From positions 62,001 through 126,000 of the forward strand of contig NIVC01001350.1 of the NCBI GenBank assembly GCA_002269645.1: a DNA stretch of 64,000 nucleotides, in the 5' to 3' direction. A program made the translations under genes and the position numbers. The notes below the pieces were generated by a model that saw only the letters and a list, made by a program, of their open reading frames with translations, was not told where the DNA came from and did no database searches. Source of the DNA: Macrostomum lignano. Its lineage: Eukaryota. Within the stretch, counting starts at the first letter, position 1. Every line of letters begins with the position of its first letter. Shown in pieces: positions 12,294 through 25,097 of the stretch.

Positions 12294-12640
12294 TCACTCA
12301 CCTGTGCAAAGCTTAACTAAAGTCGAGGCAATAGTCGGATGACAAATGGCTTTCAACCAAAATGGAGCGTCGCCATGATGGTCAGTATTGTTCGCGCCGT
12401 TTGGCTGGCAGCATCGACTGCACGCCCCAATCAGGTGTTTGAAGGCTGCACCGGATTGAAGGCTGCACATATATCTCATCAAACATCAGTATGAAATTTC
12501 GCTGAACTGCATACAGAAGAGCTTTGAAAAAGCAGAACGAGTGACCTCCTGAGCGTCGGCTCCCCCGCTGCAGCGAGTTGGAGAGTATGTTGGTGAGGCG
12601 ATGGAAGGAGCTGTGTTCTAATTTATGAATAGGCGGACGA
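12294..12640 (-). pseudogene. Degenerate P-element/THAP9-like transposase fragment, copy 2
   Basis: Paralogous to 9071-9480: DEIYVQPSI ... ARTILTIMATLHFG*KPFVIRLLP. Confidence 0.5.
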
Positions 12641-12684
12641 GCTGATCAGATAGATCAATCCCGATCTGCGAGTGGTAGAAACTG

Positions 12685-12845
12685 TACTATTATCTACAGA
12701 CTGTAGGCATTTTATTGTGGGATCGGAACTCTCCAGATACTATTATCTACAGACTGTAGGCATTTTATTGTGGGATCGGAACTCTCCAGATCCTATTATC
12801 TACAGACTGTAGGCATTTTATTGTGGGATCGGAACTCTCCAGATC
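12685..12845. repeat. Tandem repeat, 53-bp unit x3
   Basis: TATTATCTACAGACTGTAGGC... starts at 12688, 12741 and 12794. Confidence 0.95.
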
Positions 12846-13338
12846 TGCATAGTCAATTCCCCCCTGCAATGCTCCTCACAAAAGAAGAAACTTCGATTTG
12901 AGCCGATACTGATCGACTGAGTTTTGTCAGCGTACACTTATAGAACGATGCAGCTGTGGCCAGAATCTTAGTTTTGGTCGTTAAAAACCAACTACACGTA
13001 GATCAGAAACAGCTATTGGCGAACATGTATGGAGCGGAGCGTACACAAAATAAACACTCGAAAGTTCATCTCACCAGCGGCATCCGATGAGAATCACAGA
13101 TACTAAAATAACTAGATGGGCCACTCAGGCATATATACTTAGTAAAACAGCTTTCTACCTTCAGTTCAGTAGCATTGAAGAATACATAAGCTATTTTATA
13201 CAATAAAAGCCGCTATAAAAGACTTTAATGAGCTTAGAAGCCCAAGCTTGCAGGCGTAAACAGCATGCTAATTGGTTCTGCAGTAATGTACATTAGCAAG
13301 TCCACTGAAATGTACATGGAAGCTTTAGGCGGGTCGCC

Positions 13339-13490
13339 ATCATAAGCTCGAAAAGTCACATCGTCGAAAACTGATTTAGCAATAACCATCACAAGCTCGA
13401 AAAGGTAAGCTCTAACCCTAAACCTAAGGCACAAGCTCTAACCCTAACCCTAACCTAACCCTAACCGTAACCCTTTTCGAGCTTGTTGAT
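13339..13490. repeat. Telomere-like (TAACCC)n tract flanked by an inverted repeat
   Basis: ATCACAAGCTCGAAAAGG (13388-13405) is inverted as CCTTTTCGAGCTTGTTGAT (13472-13490), with degenerate TAACCC repeats between; a further direct copy starts at 13339. Confidence 0.7.
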
Positions 13491-14521
13491 CGAGCCTGTC
13501 TACCTCACTGATACCTGTGTACCTCACTGATCGAGCCTGTCTACCTCATAACCTGTCTACCTCGTAAATGTCGACGCGAGTGTAGGAAGATCGCCTACAT
13601 GTACTGCGTTTTCTGTACCATATATGTATAGCTCCACTGCTGTTGCAGAAATTGCACATTGTTTATGTATCTTCTAAGCTGTCACGCTACGCCTAGTAAG
13701 CTTTTGGACGCCTCGACAGCAACCGACAAAAAACTACAGCAGCCCATATGCTGTCTCTATGCAGCTTTTTCAAGCACCGCGAGTTCCACCCATGCTAATA
13801 TGAGCTCGTACAGCTACAGAAGAATGACAGAAGAAACAGACACAAGAGAAAGACGGACAGCCGATTGAGATAAGGCGACCTAAGAGACAGCAGCAGACAA
13901 GATGAAGAAAGACGGTAAGAGAGTTAATTTGGAACCTTGAAATTGTCCATTAAAATGTTTTTACATGCCTCTCAATCGTTTAATCATTTTGTACTACATA
14001 AAAGCCGATTCCGGTCACGACAATAGGAGACAAAGCCTGTTGAACAAGCAGGCCGAGAGAAACGCGCCAAAAATGAAATTATCCTTGTTAAATAAAATCC
14101 GTTGTACAAACCTTCGGCTTGGGGGCTTTTAATTTTTTAAATTAGAATTTTTGCCTAAAGTGAAACAAATTTGAAATCAGCCTTCAGCTTTATAGGTTTG
14201 TCAAATATGGTTTAAATTTACTAATTTGTTTAAATGATAAACATTTTATTTATTTTTAATTTTAAATACTAGAATAGTGTCTTGGAAAATATAACGTCTT
14301 TAAGCAGTTCACTGTGTTTCTACAAGGAACTAACCGACTAACATCGATCGTAGTCTCACGATTAAATATCGCTTTTCAATAGAACAAGATATATATTTTA
14401 TAGACATATAAAGGAGTTTTAATTTGGCTAAAGCGCCTAAGCAGGTGTCAGATCTTATTCACTATTTGGATTGGATTTGTATCTTGTAGACCTAACTTGT
14501 ACGTTGTACCATGTGCATTTT

Positions 14522-14742
14522 CATAGGCGTCGGGTCGGAACGCTTTAAAAGGTGGATGGGGCAGACAACTGTTGATGACTAGGGGGGGGGGGGGGGGGAG
14601 GGGGTAGCCCAACACTAACATCTGTTTACTGAAAAAAATTGTTAACTCTGCAGTATCTGCCTCATTTAAATTAGGCCTAATAGGTTATATTAGGTTATAA
14701 TGGAGATATTTAAAATCATTAAAGCCCATTCCCATGCCTATG
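14522..14742. mobile_element. Possible short MITE with CATAGGC termini and a central poly-G run
   Basis: CATAGGCG at 14522 and TGCCTATG ending at 14742; flanks TGCATTTT / TGTATTTA (6 of 8 match). Confidence 0.35.
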
Positions 14743-15261
14743 TGTATTTATGCATTTTATATGTATGATAAAATTGTAGGTCTAATATTTTATTTTTTGT
14801 ATACTTTGAAATTTGATCTAACTTCTAAGCTAGGTTTTTTAGTTGTAATGTAAGCAAGTGTAGAAGGGCTCATATATTCTATTCTAGGAAATTATTAGTA
14901 TTTGCGAAATCAAATTCCTGCCAAAAATAACAAATACTGTATATTTTTGTTTTAATGCATTATTTTGTTTTAAACGTAGAAATTTTGTTTTAGTAAGGCG
15001 AAATAATTTTGTTTTAGTTGACTGTTGTTTAAACGCATGATACACAAACCAATAGGATAAGACTTTGTCTACTATAAATACAAGGTCAAAATAAAACATT
15101 CTTTAACTCGGACTCGACCTCGACCTTTCGGGTTCCTAATTCGGTTAACAGGAAATTAAGACTTCTTGGTTCTTCTGAATTAGTCATTTGAAGCAGTATT
15201 GCAGACTAAGTTACCATGTTGGATAGCAAAGAGCATTTTGCTAGTACAGTGATAGGCAGGG

Positions 15262-15360
15262 ATTGCCAGTAAAGAGGGTGGAATACCCAGAGTAAGAAGG
15301 GTGGAATACCCAGTAAGAAAGGTGGAATACCCAGTAAGAAGGGTGGAAATACCCAGTGAA
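15262..15360. repeat. Minisatellite, about 21-bp unit x4-5
   Basis: GGGTGGAATACCCAGTAAGAA repeated. Confidence 0.85.
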
Positions 15361-16328
15361 GAAGGTAAACTGTCCAAGCTATTGCAGCCAAGCGTGATAC
15401 AGTTCTAAGTCGTGAGAGACAGTAATAAAGGAAGCCGGAAACCCCTCGATCTGTGGTAAATGTAGTGTTTGGACTGTAGGATACGAATTTAGCAGTAGTT
15501 AGCAGTGTCTTGCCGCTCGGGCACTGAGGCTACCAAGGGTAATTCGTAGCGACGATAGCCCATAAAGTATAAAAATACATGTAAGTGTAGGAATTAAATT
15601 GTAGGAAAACAGTAAAAATCCAGTACAGTTTAGTACAACTAGGTAAGAAATTAATAAGGCCTATAGCAACTTGGTAATATCTAGTAGAGTTAGGAAAGGT
15701 AGAATTAAGGGGCCTGCTACAACTTTGTGGCATCTAGTGGGATTTTTGAGAGATAGAGGTATTAGGCCTGCTACACAAGCATGATAGGCGATAGCAATGT
15801 ACTTCTAGTGGAAGTAAACCTATTAACTCTGCTATTTTGGTATTAAAACTTAGAGCAATAGTTTACTTTAGTTTTAGAACAGCTTTTTGGATTTTAAAAT
15901 ATGAATGAAATATTTAGCATTGTAAATTTATAGTATAAAATTTTAGCTTTTTAAGATACTAAAGTATGCTAATTAGGCTCATTTATAATTAGGAGTATTT
16001 TTATAATAATTAAGTGCATTATAGCATTTAAAAAATACAATTTTTTATAAAAACACTCATTTTTAGCAAAAGTTTTTTACTTTTACAAGCTAAAAAATGA
16101 AATCTTTGCATTAGAATGAAAGATAGCTATTTTTTATTTCATAATTTCTTGAAGTTTTGTTTTATCTAATAATTTTTATCGAACTAATATTTAATTTTAT
16201 AAGCACAATTTCACTATAGGCCTAATAAAAAACAATTGATTTGTATATATATTTAGGTTTAGCTAAAAAGTTTAGCTATAATAAGTTTCAATGAATAAAT
16301 TGTCATCTATCAACTAATGTAATAACAT

Positions 16329-17514
16329 CAGTGATGGGCACTGCTAAATATTTTTGTAGCGCCGCTATATAGCGTTTCTGCTATCAAAGTTTAAAAAAAA
16401 GTTAATGCCGCTATGTAGCGGCTGCTATTTTAGTTTCAAAATTAGCGAATTTAGCGCCGCTAAATATAAAATTCGCTAAAATTCAAAATTTCCTAAAAAC
16501 ATGAAAAAAAGATTCATTTTTATCGTTTCTTTTGTTTAGTTTAAGCAGTGTAAATATTAGAGAGATTTTACTTTATATTTATTAAAATAAAACGCAAATT
16601 AGTCAAAAATTCGTCAAATTAAAAAAAGTAATTTGTTGTACTTATACTGCGCGAAGCCAAAGGATACCGGTAAGGTTACCGGTACAGTTAACACTAACAC
16701 TAACAGACAGTAGTACCGTAGTAAGTTTAGTATCTTTACTTAGTAAGTTGCCACTGCCAATTGCCAAGTCAGTCAGCGTCGCCGGTTGGCAGTCAGTGTT
16801 GGTAATTGACGTGACTATTTAAATTCTACTATCGGAATTGATTGAATTGCTGATTTACGGAATTGTATTGTAATTACGGCACTCGCAATTGAATCAATTG
16901 AATAAATTAAATATTAAAATGAACATTTATAGATTTATTTAGGAGATAAAATAATTATTCAGACAAAAAACAAACAGCAAAAACAACAGCAGCAAAAACG
17001 AGACAAGTAACAAAAACAAAAAAGAAAAGTTAGACTCATCACTCATCATTCATCAGTCATCACTATTGTCTATCAGGATTCAGGCATCAGCATCAGTCTA
17101 TGATCTATCTATGAGTCCTATGACTATGAGTATGACTGATTATCAATTTATTTTATTTCTATAGTTCTATCCCTATCAGTATCAATATGACAGTATCAGT
17201 GAGTACAGTATACATGACTTGATTGTAAATTCTAAATACTGGTCCTTACGTTATGTACGTTAAAAAAATATTTAAAAAATTAAAATCAGTAAAACAAAAC
17301 TGTTTAGAAGACTGAAAACCCTAAAAACGATGTAAAAGAAAATTTGTTGCCTAAAATTTAGCGAATTTCAATTTTCAGCGAATTTGAGCGAAACATAGCG
17401 GCGCTTTTGTAGCGTACCTAAGTCAAAATTCAATTTAGCAATATTAGTGAATTTCAAAAATCGTAGCGGCGCTATAGCAAATTTCAAATTTAGCGCCCGC
17501 TATGCCCATCACTG
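16329..17514. mobile_element. Non-autonomous hAT-like DNA transposon (1186 bp)
   Basis: TIR CAGTGATGGGCA (16329-16340) / TGCCCATCACTG (17503-17514); 8-bp TSD AATAACAT / AATAATAT; many subterminal TAGCG/CGCTA motifs; no ORF. Confidence 0.85.
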
Positions 17515-17640
17515 AATAATATTAATGCTTTTCTCTTTAAAATCCCACAGTTAAGCTACCAAGTTGTTATAAAATTGATTTTTACTATGATTTAATCATA
17601 TAATTAATATCTATTTATTATAGGGCTAATGGTTCTATCT

Positions 17641-19653
17641 TAGGGACTCCAGTGAGATTTTGAAACTTTAAAATTTATATATTTTCAGATATGTATCTGA
17701 TAGAGGACAATAACAGCATCACAAAATGGCTTCACTTATTAAATTTGGTTGAGTAATAAAAAAGTTATAGCATTTTTTGTCCCCAAAAAATTACGTTTTT
17801 TAGATAGGAAAAATACATTATAGATTGTTGCCATTAGATGTACAAAAACAAAATTTTTCACTTTTTATTGTCATATCTTTTTTGCTATTCAACATACAAT
17901 ATTGAGTCTGGTATCATTTTAAAGACCAAGCAGTTCTACATAAGATTAACAAATTGTTTTTATTCTTTCTAATGTATCTTTCTTGTGGTTTGCATTTGAA
18001 TTTTTCAAAAGTGAAAAATGCACATCAAAAATAGAGCAAAATTAAAATTTCAAATGACTATTATTTAAAAGTTAATTGCTTTTTCTGAAATCTTTTTTAT
18101 TTGTTTACTCCACAACATATAAAAGTATATATATTTTTATACCATTTTTTCCTATATATTGACAAAGGTTAAAAAATTCACCAATTTTGTGACTTTTTTG
18201 CTACTGGAACTTGATAGCATATCTTAAAATTGCACATTTTTCAACTTTGAATGATTATATTTTTTAGACTAATGAATATATATAAAGTTTGATTTGTTTT
18301 TTTAATGAAAAACATATGAAAATGTTTTTTTTGTGTACTTTAATTTATTTAAAAGCTCTTGTTCTTTTTTTTCCAATATTATTGCTTGTTGAGTAGCTGC
18401 AACTGAAGACTGAAGTTAGCATATATTTAATGCTTATTGTCTTTACACACATAATGTATATTGTCTGCTTTGCTTTTTAACTGTAAAACAAATAGGTAAA
18501 TAATTGTTGATACTATTGTCTTGTATATTTTTTGATTGAGCCTATCCTTATTGTAAAATTGTATATTGTGAATAAAGTTACCGATGAACATTTATATCTG
18601 TAAACAAGTGTAAAGAAGTATTTAAAAATAAAGTGTACTTAAAATTGTATATTGTGAAGTTGCTTATTAAACTTACAAATGGAATAAACACAATTTCTTA
18701 TGAAATTCAGTTCATTTTTATGGGAGTTTGAATTGCAGACCAAGGTTACGTGCATTCAAGGGGTCACTTATTGGGATTGCAATTGCTATAGCTCAATAAG
18801 CTAAAGCATACATTTATTTGTATTATTTTGCCTTCAAAACTAATTTGCAATGGTAAAACATCTTCTTTTTGGTTAAGAAAAGCCATAATAAGCCACTTTT
18901 TGTATAAGTAGTATGTAAGTAGTATCGCTACTAAAAAGCTAACATTGCTGCTGCTCCTCGGCGGATGTATGTGGAAAGATATAAAAGTGCTGTGAAGAAT
19001 TCCTATAAGTTCCTCTATTAAATGCAGTAGAAAAATAGTCTTCGGAAATTACTGCTAGAAAAAAATTTAAATTTTCTGTTTTATCCGTCCATTTTACACT
19101 GAAGAGATAGGCAAAAAAACAGGCTTCAATAACTTTTTGGCGGATGTAGATTGACATGTGCGGTTTTTTTTAATGTAATCATATTACGGAGTAGTATTCA
19201 TTTCCGGGTTTTACTAAGCTTTGGAAATACGGGTACGATTTTTATTCAACTTTAATTTTTTTATACTGTCTAAATAGGGAGAAAATAAAAAAAAATTCTT
19301 CTCAAAATGTCAAAAAATGTTTGTAAATATAGTTGTTTGTATCAATAAATAGTTATATTTTGTTAAAATAATTGCTTTCCAACAAAAAAACGAACTTTCG
19401 AAAGTCACTTTTTTTGGCAACAAAACGAGTGTATTAAAAAAAAAGACGAAGTTCAGTGGGACATTACTCGGCATACAATGTATATATTTTTTGTTTCTTT
19501 ATCTCATTAAAAAAAAAGAAACGATTCTTTAACATGTATATTTTGTTTTTACTGTAAACATTTTCTATGCTTGGCAATTTCATTTTTAAAAAACATTATT
19601 TTACGATTTTTCGTGTAATTATCAGCTTTATGGTAACCTCACTGGAGTCCCTA
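17641..19653. mobile_element. Non-autonomous AT-rich DNA transposon (about 2.0 kb)
   Basis: Perfect 16-bp TIR TAGGGACTCCAGTGAG (17641) / CTCACTGGAGTCCCTA (ends 19653); TCTATCT directly flanks both ends (7-bp TSD). Confidence 0.8.
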
Positions 19654-19759
19654 TCTATCTTCTAAAGTGATCTTACTGCAAACATCAAACTATTCTAGGA
19701 GGGTTGCTTCTGTCTTATTAAAACCTTATTGTTATTATCATCAAAGTTATACTAGATTA

Positions 19760-20150
19760 TAGTCATTTTGATAATAAGACATTTTGGTGACAAGCAAAAG
19801 TCATTTTGGTGAAAAGAAAAAGACCCTTTTTTGGTGATAGTCCATAGGCCCCCCCCTAGTCTGTTTTGTTACAATTATGCCAGAAATCTCCGGTGTAATT
19901 CTAGACAAAAATTAGCCTTGGCATAAATGCTTGGCATAAGAATTAATAGAAAAATAGATTGGCATGAATGGCTAGCATAAATGGATATATAATCTATAAA
20001 TCTTAACAAAATAACTACAAACTAGTATGATAAAGTACTTGCTGCCACTAAAATGATCCAACTTACCAAATGTTCCATTTTTCACCAAAGTAAAGTAGTC
20101 TATCACAGTATCCAACTTGTCACCAAAATGTCTGAAACCAAAATGACCAC
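19760..20150. mobile_element. Degenerate MITE-like element
   Basis: 17-bp perfect inverted repeat GACATTTTGGTGACAAG (19778-19794) / CTTGTCACCAAAATGTC (20116-20132); shares TTTTGG.GACAAG motifs with 43757-44491. Confidence 0.45.
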
Positions 20151-20992
20151 CCAAAAATGCATTTTTTTTATTTTTTACTTTTTGAGCAACTAAGTCAATA
20201 TTTGTTTTGATTAAGATATAATTTATGCAATGATAGTATGCAATCTCTTTAGGCTAAATGGCATTTTTCAGTTAATAAGATATGCTTATAAAAATGCTCT
20301 TATAGCTATAGTCTATAGGCGTAATTATAGAAAAATGGTAATTTGAACCTTTGCCATAAGTCTTTATGGCTGTAGTATAATTTTTTTTAATCACTGAAAG
20401 TTTATATAAAGCAAAATTTCATAAAAATTAGAGCATAGATCAAAAAAGGATATTAAATATATGTTTATTACATATGTAGAAGATGTGTTGCAAAAGTTTC
20501 CAGACTGTATTTGCTGTGGACAGCAGGATTGTTGAAATAAGTTATTTTACGTATATTCTCTTTCAAATTTGTTTTTTGAAGCATAAAATTTCATTTCAAT
20601 ACCATGTGCCTGCCAAAAGCTTGCAAAGAGCATTGCAAAACTGTACCCAAGAAATTTCTAACTTTTGCAATACTCTTGTACATTGAATGATTTTTTATTT
20701 TAAAGAAAGATAGCATTTTTGATAAAAACTCACCTTAGGTAATATTATGCAACTGAAAGACTAATCTGCATCCTGCATCATGTACAGGGATCTTACATAG
20801 GCCTTCCTATGTCTATAGGCTGTTAATGGCTATTTACTTGAACTATTATTCTTGTACTACTTACTGTATCTATTAGCTATTTTGCTAAGACTTGATGCCT
20901 GTTATGCAGATCTTTGAATCGTAAAATTTCTGCACTTTTTTGTTTAACTGGGCAAGCGATTTGACTGGCATTGCAGCAATGAACCGCCTGCA

Positions 20993-22678
20993 ATGCAGGC
21001 CCAAGCAGCAGCAGCAGTATCCCCCAGTCCAGGCAGCAGCAGCAATCTTTCCCAGTCCTGGAAGATAAGCGGCAGTACTGATACACACCGGGCGGAACCT
21101 TTTCGTGTCATCATGTCGACCCGTCCAAGTGCAACCACCGCCAATGGTCGGGCAGCGCCGGCATCCAGAGCCGCTCCCAGCAATGCCCCCGCAACTATGG
21201 AGCACGCCGACGAGCTTAGGAAGTTCCGCGCTCTTCCACCGAATATTCAGAAGTCTCTGTTTAACTACGAAGATAAGATCAGGGCTCTGTTGTTGAACTA
21301 CGCGTCCAGCGGCAGTGCAACTCGTTCCATAGAGTCGCTGATGCGGGAGGCGCCAGAGTACCTGTTAACTGTTGATAATCAAACCTATCGGGACAGGCCG
21401 CTTGGCAGGGCCTTGCTCAAAAAGAACCAACACGCCAGCAGATTCTTTATCTAGCTGGCCAGCAGTGGACCGCAGAAGAAATTTGTCCTGTCTCACCGGA
21501 ATTCGGCTGCGCACACTCTCCTAATGCTGGCAATTGACTTTGACAGCGCCAACTGCAGGGACATCCTCATTAATCTGCTGCAGAGTTTCCCAACTCAGAT
21601 CTATCAGTTCTACGACACGCACGGTCGGAATGTCTTCCACTGCTGCGCTGTTGACAAATATGCCACCTCCTTCCGCATCATTCTAGACGCTGTTCTGGAG
21701 ATGGACTCCATGGAGATCAGTAAGCATAGTATCAAAGAGGCGCTAGACATGACCGATCGGTTCTATAAGACTCCAATTCACTACATGGCCGAGGCTGGCG
21801 ACATCGAGATGTTCAACGTTTTAGATTCGTTCGCACGAAGTAAGGCTCTCCAAGTTGACTACGATGCTCGCTTCCTGACCAGCGACAGCAAGACGCCGCT
21901 GATGATTGCGGTTGAATCATGTCGCTACGACGCCTGCAAGTGGCTGCTTGAGAAGGGCAGCGCAGACGTGTCGGCGAAGCAGCCCGTGTCCTGCTTCACT
22001 GCGCTGCATTTCGCAGTCAAACTGGGCTATTACGACCTCATCGGCCTGCTCAGATCTCATGGAGCCGATGCAAAGTTTTTTGATGAGGACTGCGAGAGGC
22101 TTGATGGCTACAAGACGCCGCTGCAGATTGCCACAACGGAAGCGATCCCAAACAAAAAGAAATGTTTTGAGTACCTCCCGCTTGACCCCAGTTCATTGGC
22201 CTGCAGCTACAACTATACAGTGGACTCAATGCCGAGAGCTGTGCTAACGGAAACTCCTGCATTGTCTGCTTCCGCTGCGTCTGCATCTGGCAATGCAGCC
22301 TCAGCCTCCTCTTCCTCGTCACTAACGCACCCAGCAATCCCGCAACAACAACAACAGCAATGCGATCCCGCAGAATTCTTCAGAGATAAAAAGATTGTCA
22401 GAGACCTCCAACTGTTTGGCACCGAAAGGCGCGAAGAGCTCTCCAAACAGCTATCCAGACTGGCCAAGTCTGAGCAGTTCATCAGCCGGCTGATCCAGTA
22501 CGCGCCAGATCTGAAGGCCGATAAAGACTACATTCATTCTGAAGCTGACCCTGTATTCCTGGCCATATCTCTTCTGTCAGACTCTGACCATGCTTCCATG
22601 TGCGTCATCAAACAGGTGCTACTGGATATCAAAGCTGGCGAGCTCGTGGAGCTTGTTATTCCCGCCACTACCTCCTGA
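20993..22678 (+). CDS. Ankyrin-repeat protein A with a C-terminal death-fold-like domain; one in-frame TAG at 21452-21454 (pseudogene or read-through)
   Basis: ORFs 20993-21454 and 21524-22678 are in the same frame, and the 23 codons between them align with the paralogues (SHRNSAAHTLLMLA vs GYRNARYGHTLMMLA). Ankyrin motifs: GRNVFHCCA, KTPIHYMAEAG, KTPLMIAVES, FTALHFAVKLG. The helical C-terminus ends VIKQVLLDIKAGELVELV. Confidence 0.8.
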
Positions 22679-24483
22679 TGAGTAGCGAAGTTGTTGAATT
22701 GCTATTCTAGACTACTTACAAGTAGTGAATGCGAAAGGTTCTAAAGTACAAGTTAGAACAAGCTGTTTTGTTTATAATTGCCCAACGCTTGTGCGTTTGT
22801 GTCTTGTGATTATCAGGCAGCTTGAACTGTTGTATTGTATGTAAACGCGCTTTGAATGTAAATCATGTACATTGCATGTACCTAGCTCTATTTGTTTAGA
22901 CTTTCTGATCTATACGTGTTGATTCTTATGAAGATTACATAGTTTTAATTCTGTGGTAACAGGACCTCAAAAGAGTTCCACCTGTTCACACAGTCACACG
23001 GCACTCTATTTATGTGTAGTCACGTTGATGTATTCTGCTACAATATTTAATGTTATTACTTATCATCACCAAGTGCACCTTAAAACTTCGGTCGTCGCTG
23101 GGTCGATTTTATCGTAGTAAAGAAGGAAACTCGAAGGGGGTCCTTATGACACAAGGCCTGTTGATAGGATGCTGAGATGCTGAATTTAATTGTGGTAGAG
23201 TTGCTCGCTTAATTAATAGCAAATAAATGTTGTGCCGTGGCTTTCGCCTGAGATAGAACAAGGATTTCCCTGGGTGGTCGGGTAGGTCTTGTTATCCCAC
23301 CGCTGCCACCAGTGTTATGGCTGTGCCTACTGCTTCCTCTGTCTGTCCTCGCTATCTAGCACGGCCGGTAGCTGGCCTGAGTGGTCTAGCACTATGGTCC
23401 GAATTAACCCCTCTTAGTCTCCACTGAGTACAGTTAGATAATAACCGAGTATTGGTAGTTGGGTTGCTGCCACCTTGTAGGTCTACAGGTGATATCCTCG
23501 ACAGGTTACCCCTAGGTAGGCCTACTGATAAGTAGAAAATAATTAAGACAAACAAGTCAGTTAAACGTTTATTAATGTGAGTAACGGTCACAGGCCGATC
23601 CTAAAATATCGTTTAGTAGCTCAACTGGTGTCGCAGTAAACGCCCTAAGCTGTACTGTGCGTCAGTTGATGTTGCCCAACAGTGTAGGTTGTAGGCCACG
23701 AGACCAGGTCCAGACGGTGTTGAAGGTCTGGCGAGCTGCTGACACAAAGACCTGCGGCAATCTTAATGAGCAAATGGCAGCTGCAACAAAGATTTGTTAG
23801 CAGGTTATCCCTAGGAAAAGCGTCTAGCGATCTGCCTAAGCTAGTTCGTCTAGGAAAAGCATCTAGGAATACTAGCCTTTGCTCGAAGCCAAGCAGGCGG
23901 TCTCCGAGAGGATGGTCTCTTTGGGCCTTCACCTACTCTGTATTTATACTAAAATTCGGGGGTCTCAGGGCCAATGGGAAGCTCAGAGGCAGTTCCGTGG
24001 CAGATCCCATGGCAGTTCCGTGGACTACCCGGAGCCAGGAGCGATCTTGGAGATGTCCATAAGACATCTGCCTCATCATGCAGCCTCCGCATGGCCTGCT
24101 GGTACACTGCTTGCATGTTGCCGCATGCAAGGAGTGCAACCAAGACCCCACGAAATCCTACCCCGGGCGGAGAGCTATGCTCTCACTCCCGCTGACTAAA
24201 TAAGCCTGTACTAAAGGAGAAATATCCCACTGACTAATGTTTCTATTTTTAGCCCATTGCAGACTGCGCCAGGGGGAGAGGGGGAGAGAGTTTCTCTCCC
24301 TGTCCCGCGACAGCTGCACACCTGAGCCTGCACAAGGGAAGAGGAGGAAGGGACAGCCCTATGCCCAGCTCCCACTGCTGCAGCCCAAGCACTAACTGAC
24401 TAAGAGGGGATCCCAGGAGCAGCCTATGCTAGCTACGCTGGATCACCACATAAATAAAGCTTAAGATCAACATTTAAGGCGAA

Positions 24484-24523
24484 AACCAACGCGTTTCAAC
24501 CCACTAGGGCCGTCGTCAGGGTA
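24484..24523 (-). ncRNA. Minimal type I hammerhead ribozyme motif (left arm)
   Basis: Minus strand: ACC CUGACGA C GGCCC-UAGU-GGGUU GAAAC GCGUU GGU. Palindromic helix III ACGCGU; cleavage triplet GUU. Confidence 0.6.
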
Positions 24524-24654
24524 TATTTTATCACTGAACGAAACACTCAATATAAATAAGCAAACGATTGTACTATCTCAAGTGTCAAATTGAAAACGGG
24601 AGGGTAACCAATGTACGAAAAACAAAAAAACTAGGGGTTGGAGTTAAGCGAGAA

Positions 24655-24691
<37 letters not shown>

Positions 24692-24884
24692 CAAACAGAT
24701 GTAAAAAAACAAAATGTACGCGCAACAAAAAATAGTCAAACTCAAAACACCCTAAGAAGGTGGCCCGCACCACTATGCAGCAATTGCACATTGAGGACAT
24801 TGAAGGTGCGGGCCACCTTCTTGGGGTGTTTTGAGTTTGACTATTTTTTGTTGCGCGTACATTTTGTTTTTTTACATCTGTTTG

Positions 24885-24924
<40 letters not shown>

Positions 24925-25059
24925 GTTCTCGCTTAACTCCAACCCCTAGTTTTTTTATGTTTTTCGTACATTGGTTGCCCTCCCGTTTTCAATTTGACAC
25001 TTGAGATAGTACAATCGTTTGCTTATTTATATTGAGTGTTTCGTTCAGTGATAAAATGT

Positions 25060-25097
25060 ACCCTGACGACGGCCCTGGTGGGTTGAAACGCGTTGGT
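25060..25097 (+). ncRNA. Minimal type I hammerhead ribozyme motif (right arm)
   Basis: ACC CUGACGA (25063-25069) C GGCCC-UGGU-GGGUU GAAAC (25085-25089) GCGUU GGU; predicted cleavage after 25094. Confidence 0.6.

Noticed and set aside
15400-15800. Possible decayed retroelement RT fragment on the minus strand
   Set aside because: Only 3-4 residue resemblances; too degenerate to support by eye.
22674-22695. CTGATGA...GAA hammerhead-like string at the ankyrin A stop
   Set aside because: It has GAAG instead of GAAA, no real helix II, and no helix I/III pairing.
23350-24440. Several short overlapping ORFs, possibly an LTR or gag relic
   Set aside because: No conserved motif, terminal repeat or TSD found.
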